From positions 1 through 31,392 of the forward strand of contig JBNMIW010000001.1 of NCBI GenBank assembly GCA_050873485.1: DNA of 31,392 bases, read 5' to 3'. The stretch comes from Lachnospiraceae bacterium (lineage in GTDB: Bacteria; Bacillota; Clostridia; Lachnospirales; Lachnospiraceae). This document shows, piece after piece, positions 24,782 to 31,392 of the stretch (its first letter is position 1; each line of letters starts with the position of its first letter). The notes beneath the pieces were generated by a model. It saw only the letters and a list, made by a program, of their open reading frames with translations, did not search any database and was not told where the DNA came from. The translations under genes and the position numbers were made by a program.

Positions 24782-27700
24782 TTATGCGTTCTTCTCAACA
24801 CCGAGATCTACTTTCTCACCATTGATGTTCCAGTTCTTAGTGTATCCCTTTACTTCACCGTACTGAACGTCGGTTGCAAGAACATCATGGAAGATGGTAT
24901 CTTCGTTACGTTTCATGATCTCTGCAACTCTATCATTGTTTGCTACAGAAATCGTAATCTTATCCATTACCTCGAATCCTGCCTCTTTACGCATGGTCTG
25001 AACTTTTGAAATGATCTCACGCACAAATCCTTCTTCTAAGAGTTCCTCTGTCAACTGAATGTCTAAGACAACTGTTACGACTGCATCTGCCTCGGTTACA
25101 TAATCGTCTGACTTTGCAGTCTCGATCAACAGATCTTCCTCTGCAAGACTTACTTCTGTACCGTCTGCCTCAAACTTCAATGCACCCTCTGTCTTTAATG
25201 TGTTCATGGCCTCCCTGCCATTTACATTTGACAGATATTCACGGATTGCATTCAAATGCTTGCCATACTTTGGTCCAACTGTCTTTAACTGTGGTTTGAA
25301 TACATAATCGCTGAATTCTGATACATCATCCTTAAAGGTAACTGCCTTCACATTCAACTCGTCTTCGATGATCTCTTTATAGAAATCAGATAATGCCTTG
25401 TTTGCCTTCACATACATATTACCGATCGGCTGACGATTCTTGATGTTGGCACTATTTCTTGCGGCACGTCCAAGTACAACGATCTTCAGTACCTCATCCA
25501 TATCATTTTCTAATTCTGCATCGATCATCTTCTCGTCTACTGCCGGGAAGTCACAAAGATGAATACTCTCCGGTGCAGTCTTATCCACACTTCTTACTAA
25601 GTTCTGGTAAATGTCCTCTGTCATGAACGGAATCATCGGTGCAGCCGCCTTACAGATTGTGACGAGTGCCGTATACAATGTCATATATGCATTGATCTTA
25701 TCCTGCTCCATTCCTTTTGCCCAGAAACGTTCACGGGAACGACGTACATACCAGTTACTCATATCATCTACAAATTCAGATAATGCTCTTGCTGCTTCCG
25801 GAATTCTATAATTGCCGAGATTCTCATCGGTTGTCTTTACTGCTGTATTCAACTTAGACAACAACCATTTATCCATAACTGCAAGTTTGTCATACTCTAA
25901 GCTGTATTTTGTCGGGTCAAAGTTATCAATATTCGCATACAATACATAGAATGCATAGGTGTTCCATAAGGTACCCATGAACTTACGCTGACCTTCCAAT
26001 ACCGCATCTTCGTGGAAACGATTTGGCAACCATGGAGCAGAGTTTGTATAGAAATACCAGCGGATCGCATCTGCACCATACTTGTTCAATGCCTCCATTG
26101 GATCAACTGCATTACCCTTAGATTTACTCATCTTCTGACCATCTTTGTCCTGGACATGTCCTAATACAATGACATTCTTATAAGGAGCTTCATTAAAGAT
26201 CAATGTTGAGATTGCCATCAGAGAATAGAACCATCCTCTTGTCTGGTCAACTGCCTCTGAAATGAAGTCTGCCGGGAAGTTCTCCTTGAAAATGTCTTCA
26301 TTCTCAAACGGATAATGCCACTGTGCAAATGGCATAGAACCGGAATCGAACCAACAGTCAATTACTTCCGGTACACGATGCATCTCCTTGCCACAATCCG
26401 GACATTTGATCGTTACTGCATCAATATACGGACGATGTAATTCAATATCATCCGGGCAGTTGTCACTCATTTCCTTCAATTCTGCAATCGAACCGATCGC
26501 ATGACGCTTACCACACTCACATTCCCAGATATTTAACGGCGTACCCCAATAACGGTTACGAGAAAGTCCCCAATCCTGTACATTCTTAAGCCAGTCACCA
26601 AAGCGTCCTTTACCGATTGACTCAGGAATCCAGTTTACTTTATTGTTATTTGCAACCAGATCGTCACGAACTGCTGTCATCTTGATGAACCAGGTATCTC
26701 TTGCATAGTAGATCAGTGGTGTATCACATCTCCAGCAGAACGGATAATCATGCTCGAACTTCGGTGCATCAAACAATAATCCCTTACTGTCAAGATCAAC
26801 CAATACCTTTGGATCTGCATCTTTTACAAACATTCCGGCAAATGGTGTCTCCTCTGTTAAGTTACCCTTGCCATCTACGAACTGAACAAACGGAAGATCA
26901 TAATTTCTTCCTACGTTTGCATCATCTTCACCAAATGCAGGTGCGATATGAACGATACCGGTACCATCTGTCATCGTTACATAAGTATCACATGTAATAA
27001 AGAATCCCTTCTTATGCTGCTTATCTGCTACCTCTTTTGCACATGCATATAATGGCTCGTATTCTTTGTTCTCAAGATCACTACCAACATATGTCTCTAA
27101 CACTTCATAAGCAGGAGTACCATTTTCCTTATCTGCTAACTTACCGAGTACTGTATCCAACAATGCCTGTGCCATGTAATAGGTATATCCATCCGCAGCC
27201 TTTACCTTGCAATATGCTTCATTTGGGTTCACACAAAGTGCCACGTTTGATGGAAGTGTCCAAGGTGTTGTTGTCCATGCAAGGAAATATGCATCCTCTC
27301 CAACGACCTTAAAACGAACAATTGCGGAACGTTCTTTTACCGCCTTATATCCCTGTGCTACTTCGTGAGAAGATAACGGAGTTCCGCAACGAGGACAATA
27401 CGGAACGATCTTGAATCCCTTGTATAATAAATCTTTGTCCCAGATCTTCTTAAGTGCCCACCACTCAGACTCGATAAAGTCATTGTGATATGTTACATAT
27501 GGATCATCCATATCTGCCCAGAAACCAACTTTGCCGGAGAATTTCTCCCACATTCCTTTGTATTTCCATACAGATTCCTTACATTTTGTAATAAATGGAT
27601 CTAATCCATATTCCTCGATCTGTTCCTTACCATCAATACCTAATAACTTCTCAACCTCTAACTCAACCGGAAGTCCATGTGTATCCCATCCTGCCTTACG

Positions 27701-27940
27701 GATGATCTTGTGTCCCTTCATGGTCTGATATCTTGGAATCATATCCTTGATAACACGGGTTAATACATGACCGATATGCGGCTTACCATTTGCAGTAGGA
27801 GGTCCATCATAAAATGTATATACCGGACATCCTTCCTTTTCTTCAATTGATTCTTCAAAAATCTTGTTCTTGTTCCAGAAGTCTAATGTCTTCTGTTCAC
27901 GTTCTACGAAATTCATGTTGTTTGAAACTTTTTCGTACAT
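24782..27940 (-). CDS. ileS: Isoleucine--tRNA ligase, type 2 (eukaryote/archaea-like IleRS2)
   Basis: FYDGPPTANGKPHIGH, GWDTHGLPVE, WTTTPWTLP, DWGLSRNRYWG, EAVDQTRGWFY, KMSKS; long IleRS2-type C-terminus; Ile T-box upstream. Start 27940 or 27949. Confidence 0.97.
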   Translation of the reverse strand: MYEKVSNNMNFVEREQKTLDFWNKNKIFEESIEEKEGCPVYTFYDGPPTANGKPHIGHVLTRVIKDMIPRYQTMKGHKIIRKAGWDTHGLPVELEVEKLLGIDGKEQIEEYGLDPFITKCKESVWKYKGMWEKFSGKVGFWADMDDPYVTYHNDFIESEWWALKKIWDKDLLYKGFKIVPYCPRCGTPLSSHEVAQGYKAVKERSAIVRFKVVGEDAYFLAWTTTPWTLPSNVALCVNPNEAYCKVKAADGYTYYMAQALLDTVLGKLADKENGTPAYEVLETYVGSDLENKEYEPLYACAKEVADKQHKKGFFITCDTYVTMTDGTGIVHIAPAFGEDDANVGRNYDLPFVQFVDGKGNLTEETPFAGMFVKDADPKVLVDLDSKGLLFDAPKFEHDYPFCWRCDTPLIYYARDTWFIKMTAVRDDLVANNNKVNWIPESIGKGRFGDWLKNVQDWGLSRNRYWGTPLNIWECECGKRHAIGSIAELKEMSDNCPDDIELHRPYIDAVTIKCPDCGKEMHRVPEVIDCWFDSGSMPFAQWHYPFENEDIFKENFPADFISEAVDQTRGWFYSLMAISTLIFNEAPYKNVIVLGHVQDKDGQKMSKSKGNAVDPMEALNKYGADAIRWYFYTNSAPWLPNRFHEDAVLEGQRKFMGTLWNTYAFYVLYANIDNFDPTKYSLEYDKLAVMDKWLLSKLNTAVKTTDENLGNYRIPEAARALSEFVDDMSNWYVRRSRERFWAKGMEQDKINAYMTLYTALVTICKAAAPMIPFMTEDIYQNLVRSVDKTAPESIHLCDFPAVDEKMIDAELENDMDEVLKIVVLGRAARNSANIKNRQPIGNMYVKANKALSDFYKEIIEDELNVKAVTFKDDVSEFSDYVFKPQLKTVGPKYGKHLNAIREYLSNVNGREAMNTLKTEGALKFEADGTEVSLAEEDLLIETAKSDDYVTEADAVVTVVLDIQLTEELLEEGFVREIISKVQTMRKEAGFEVMDKITISVANNDRVAEIMKRNEDTIFHDVLATDVQYGEVKGYTKNWNINGEKVDLGVEKNA

Positions 27941-28002
27941 CTCATCCATCCTTTCTTTGTTGTCTGCTAACAGATCAATGAGCCGCTCCGGACTCTTTCA
28001 AA

Positions 28003-28325
28003 TAAAAAACAAAAGCCCTTCTCATCCGCATCAGGACGAAAAGGGCTACGATTCGCTATACCACCTAATACATTGTACGTGAATGAAATATCCTGTTTCA
28101 GTGAATACTCTGTACTAGCCTTCCATTCATTATACATGGTTTCTGTAACGGGAAACAACCGTTGAATCCTACTTAGAATATCCGTTCAGTTCACAACTCT
28201 GGAGTGATATTCCCATTCTCTCTTACTTCCATCTGCCTTCCACCATCGCAGACTCGCTTGTCAAAATGCCTGTTGATTCTAACGGTTTCTAAGAGAAGGT
28301 ACTGTCTCCTTCGATGTCTTTACAC
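28003..28325 (-). ncRNA. T-box riboswitch (isoleucine specifier) with terminator
   Basis: Specifier GAAT-ATC-A (ATC at 28208-28206), T-box TTAGGTGGTATAGCG (within 28054-28069), terminator AGCCCTTTTCGTCC..GGATGAGAAGGGCT followed by a T-rich run (28003-28047). Confidence 0.92.
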
Positions 28326-28335
28326 AACTATGTTT

Positions 28336-28364
28336 TTTATAGCATTTTCACACATTCTTGTCAA
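28336..28364 (-). promoter_or_regulatory. sigmaA promoter of the T-box-ileS transcript
   Basis: TTGACA, 17 bp, TATAAA with an extended -10 TG. Confidence 0.8.
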
Positions 28365-28425
28365 GTATTAGATATCTATTTCTTTGAATTTATATAGCAT
28401 TCAGAAAGTTTTAAGATTTACAACA

Positions 28426-28454
28426 TTTACTAAATTCTTCAATTATGATACACT
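28426..28454 (+). promoter_or_regulatory. Candidate sigmaA promoter of pncB
   Basis: TTTACT, 17 bp, TACACT with an extended -10 TG. Confidence 0.55.
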
Positions 28455-28492
28455 AGCCATTGGAATTGTTTTATAAAAAGGAGGTACCCTCT

Positions 28493-29944
28493 ATGGCGAA
28501 TCAGAATTTAACTCTTTTAACCGATTTATATGAACTGACCATGATGCAGGGATATTTCAACGAACAAAGCAATGACACGGTAATTTTTGACGCATTCTAC
28601 CGCAAGAATCCATCCGGAAGCGGATATGCGATCGCCGCAGGATTGCAACAGATTATAGATTATGTAAAAAGTCTGTCCTTTACTTATGATGACATTGATT
28701 ATCTTCGTGGGCTTGGTATTTTTTCGGAAGAATTTCTCGAATATCTTGCCGGATTTCATTTTACCGGCGATATCTATGCCATCCCGGAAGGCAGCATTGT
28801 ATTTCCGCAGGAACCCCTGATCAAAGTAATTGCTCCGATCATGCAGGCACAATTAGTGGAAACGGCAATTCTGAATATACTGAATCACCAAAGCTTAATC
28901 GCAACAAAAGCTTCCCGGGTATGCTATGCCGCAGACGGCGACGGCATTATGGAATTCGGGCTACGTCGTGCACAGGGACCGGATGCAGGAACTTACGGTG
29001 CAAGAGCAGCCGTGATCGGTGGCTGTATCGGCACCTCGAACGTACTATGCGGCCAATTATTTGATGTCCCGGTTCTCGGTACACATGCACATAGCTGGAT
29101 CATGAGCTTTCCGGACGAATATACGGCTTTTAAGACATACGCAGACATGTATCCGGATGCATGTATCCTATTGGTGGACACCTATGATACATTGAAATCC
29201 GGTGTTCCAAACGCAATCCGCGTATTTAATGAAATGAAACAGGCCGGTATTCAATCTAAGAAATATGGTATTCGTTTAGATAGCGGTGACCTTGCCTACC
29301 TTTCCAAAAAAGCAAGAAAAATGTTAGATGCTGCCGGTTTCCCGGACGCAATCATTTCTGCATCATCCGATCTGGATGAATACCTGATCGACAGCTTGAA
29401 GACACAGGGTGCTGCCATCACCTCATGGGGTGTTGGAACAAACCTGATCACATCCGCCGATTGTCCTGCCTTTGGCGGCGTATATAAGATGGCTGCAATC
29501 CGGAAAGAAGGCTGTGACACATTTATTCCGAAGATCAAGATCTCCGAGAATCCTGCTAAGATCACGAATCCGGGCAACAAAACGGTGTTCCGTATTATCG
29601 ACAAAGAAACCGGAAAATTAAAGGCAGATCTCATTGCATTAGCAGATGAAACCTATGATACGTCCAAAGATCTCGAAATCTTCCATCCGATTGACACATG
29701 GAAGCGTTCTACAATTGCAGGCGGCACTTACGATATGGAAGAAATTTTGTTACCTGTCTTCAAAAAAGGACAATGTATATATGAATCACCAAAAACAATG
29801 GACATTCGAACCTATTGCCAACAGGAGTTAGATCTCCTCTGGGACGAATCCCGTCGTCTGGTGAATCCGCAGGAAGTATATGTGGATCTTTCCAAACCAC
29901 TATATGATCTCAAGATGGAATTATTAAATAAAAGGGGGCATTAA
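28493..29944 (+). CDS. pncB: Nicotinate phosphoribosyltransferase
   Basis: LLTDLYELTMMQGY, EFGLRRAQG, GTHAHSW, LLVDTYD, GIRLDSGDL, WGVGT; RBS AAGGAGGT. Confidence 0.96.
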   Translation: MANQNLTLLTDLYELTMMQGYFNEQSNDTVIFDAFYRKNPSGSGYAIAAGLQQIIDYVKSLSFTYDDIDYLRGLGIFSEEFLEYLAGFHFTGDIYAIPEGSIVFPQEPLIKVIAPIMQAQLVETAILNILNHQSLIATKASRVCYAADGDGIMEFGLRRAQGPDAGTYGARAAVIGGCIGTSNVLCGQLFDVPVLGTHAHSWIMSFPDEYTAFKTYADMYPDACILLVDTYDTLKSGVPNAIRVFNEMKQAGIQSKKYGIRLDSGDLAYLSKKARKMLDAAGFPDAIISASSDLDEYLIDSLKTQGAAITSWGVGTNLITSADCPAFGGVYKMAAIRKEGCDTFIPKIKISENPAKITNPGNKTVFRIIDKETGKLKADLIALADETYDTSKDLEIFHPIDTWKRSTIAGGTYDMEEILLPVFKKGQCIYESPKTMDIRTYCQQELDLLWDESRRLVNPQEVYVDLSKPLYDLKMELLNKRGH

Positions 29945-29947
29945 CAC

Positions 29948-30358
29948 ATGATAACAGAGAACCGCAGACTATGGAAACTGGTTTTACTGACGATTCCCAC
30001 TTTCGGAATCTATAATATCTACTTCTGGTTTCGGTTTACCGCTGATCTGAACGAAATGAACCGGGAAGAGAAAAAAATCAAGAATTACATTCTCGTATGG
30101 TTTCTTTCTCTTATTACATTCGGAATCTACCGCTGGGTATGGTTATTCTACTTAGAAGACCGTTTACAGACAACCGGAGAATTGTTCGGTCTTCGCATCA
30201 AACCGGGACCAAGTGTTGTATTAACATGGAAATTGTTTGGATCATTCTTGTTAATCGGTCCTTTCGTAGCCGATTACTATGTTATCCGCAACATGAACCG
30301 TTTAGCACATGCATATAACGCAACGATCAGGAAAAAGACAAAAGTAGTCAAGGCGTAA
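29948..30358 (+). CDS. DUF4234-like small membrane protein
   Basis: Twice-repeated L(T/S)(I/L).TFGIY..(Y/V)W motif and hydrophobic segments; starts 3 bp after the pncB stop. Confidence 0.75.
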   Translation: MITENRRLWKLVLLTIPTFGIYNIYFWFRFTADLNEMNREEKKIKNYILVWFLSLITFGIYRWVWLFYLEDRLQTTGELFGLRIKPGPSVVLTWKLFGSFLLIGPFVADYYVIRNMNRLAHAYNATIRKKTKVVKA

Positions 30359-30375
30359 TGCCCTGGCTACTTTTT
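30340..30375. terminator. Bidirectional terminator between the DUF4234 gene and spoIIID
   Basis: AAAAGTAGTCAAGGC-GTAAT-GCCCTGGCTACTTTT imperfect stem, overlapping the DUF4234 stop codon. Confidence 0.7.
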
Positions 30376-30391
30376 CTTTGTTCTATAACAT

Positions 30392-30649
30392 TTACATTGT
30401 ATGCTGATGTGCATATTTTTCTTTGGTTGCCATGCCACCCCGAATATGACGTTCCGCTTTGTTTACATCCAGTACTTTGCGTACCTCGGAAGCCAATGCA
30501 GGATTGATCCAGATCAGGCGTTCCGAAACATCCTTATGTACCGTTGATTTACTCACTCCAAATTTCTTAGCAGTTTGTCTGACTGTTGCATTTGAATCAA
30601 TAATATACGTGCCAATCTCCACTGCACGTTCCTCAATATATTCTTTCAA
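30392..30649 (-). CDS. spoIIID: Sporulation transcriptional regulator SpoIIID
   Basis: YIEERAVEIG.YII..NATVRQTAKKFGVSKSTVHKD..NKAERHIRGGMATKEKY; TTG start. Confidence 0.96.
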   Translation of the reverse strand: MKEYIEERAVEIGTYIIDSNATVRQTAKKFGVSKSTVHKDVSERLIWINPALASEVRKVLDVNKAERHIRGGMATKEKYAHQHTM

Positions 30650-30676
30650 GTAGAAACCCCAATCACTTGTTGTTAC

Positions 30677-30705
30677 ATACTATGCAAAGAATACACGTTG
30701 TATGC
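30677..30705 (-). promoter_or_regulatory. sigmaE-type promoter for spoIIID
   Basis: GCATACA, 14 bp, CATAGTAT, similar to the sigmaE consensus; spoIIID is sigmaE-dependent in Bacillus subtilis and clostridia. Confidence 0.65.
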
Positions 30706-31172
30706 TAAAGTTTCTTTCCGTCCAATACTGCCTCTTTCAATACATCCCCCTCATATCGCAATTTCAGTGAAAAAAAGGGTGCATTATCCGCCAGTAACCG
30801 GAGAAAGATCTTATCTCCTTCCCACAATGTCAACTGTTCTAACCGATCTTTGTCCACCCACTCAAGGGTTCCTTCATCACATTCGGTCATCGTTCCTTCG
30901 AATCCATCTGCTGTATATAAACACATATACTCTGTCTGCCAACGATCCGAGATAAATGTCACAAGTCCACGAAACCGGTAATCTGTCAGTGTCAACCCGG
31001 TCTCCTCCTTCACCTCACGGAGCAGGCATTCCTCCGGACTCTCGTCTTTTTCAAAATGCCCACCTACCCCGATCCATTTATCCTTATTCACATCATGCAT
31101 CTTAGAGATCCTATGTAACATCAAATACCGGTTGTCATTCTCTATATAACAAAGCGTTGTTAAATTCCTCAT
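30705..31172 (-). CDS. Nudix hydrolase (MutT/MTH1-like 8-oxo-dGTPase)
   Basis: Complete Nudix box GGHFEKDESPEECLLREVKEETGL; start ATG 31172 after GGAAGGAG. Confidence 0.9.
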   Translation of the reverse strand: MRNLTTLCYIENDNRYLMLHRISKMHDVNKDKWIGVGGHFEKDESPEECLLREVKEETGLTLTDYRFRGLVTFISDRWQTEYMCLYTADGFEGTMTECDEGTLEWVDKDRLEQLTLWEGDKIFLRLLADNAPFFSLKLRYEGDVLKEAVLDGKKL

Positions 31173-31198
31173 ATTGTTCTCCTTCCAACTTTTTCCTT

Positions 31199-31392
31199 TT
31201 GCACAGCGTAAGGATTGCGAGATGTGTGAGGGCACATGCGAAAGAGCATGAATAGGCCATGTAGGTTTGCCTTTATGGTACGCAGGCACGCTTGTGCTAT
31301 GCTTCATACGCAGCGGTGCTAGGTTCGAAAGAACCTCACCAAGCACCGGCGTAATCAGAATGCCTTGCTTAACCATATAAGACAAACCTACA
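31199..31392 (+). repeat. Dispersed structured repeat, copy B, probably truncated by the window end
   Basis: Inverted 94%-identical match to 1-123; folds into a long hairpin between 31260 and 31392 capped by a GAAA loop. Confidence 0.95.

Noticed and set aside
27967-28158. 63-aa ORF upstream of ileS as a leader peptide
   Set aside because: It runs through the T-box antiterminator and terminator; the T-box mechanism explains the region.
28380-28492. NrtR or NiaR operator upstream of pncB
   Set aside because: No convincing palindrome; the Nudix protein at 30705-31172 lacks a DNA-binding domain and is not NrtR.
1-31392. Whole window as a composite transposon, prophage or defence island bounded by inverted repeats
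   Set aside because: Contents are core housekeeping genes (dnaE, ileS, murB, dapA), with no transposase, integrase, phage or recognised defence genes.

Overview
A 31.4-kb chromosomal stretch from a Clostridia bacterium, most likely Lachnospiraceae-like (inferred from gene content and order). It is mostly housekeeping genes on the minus strand: dapA with a lysine riboswitch, cobO, a two-OB-fold SSB/PriB-like protein, an RNA methyltransferase, dnaE, the hprK-glcK and murB-rapZ-whiA-HPr clusters, rubrerythrin, LysR/MATE, DUF1846, a T-box-controlled type-2 ileS, pncB, spoIIID and a Nudix hydrolase. No transposase, integrase, CRISPR array, tRNA or rRNA was seen. The most unusual elements are: (1) a monocistronic half-size FliD-like gene with a sigma28/sigmaD-type promoter and a flagellin-like pair of candidate CsrA sites, suggesting an orphan flagellar-secreted protein; (2) a 918-aa protein with a twice-repeated [Sel1 array + PsbP/DUF1795-like domain] layout behind a structured 5' leader; (3) two families of non-coding structured repeats, one present as a 94%-identical inverted pair at the two window ends and one MITE/REP-like element that supplies the ribosome-binding site of the DUF5662-dnaE unit; (4) an HPr paralogue with His15 replaced by Glu. 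Family assignments come from motif recognition by eye; no database searches were run.
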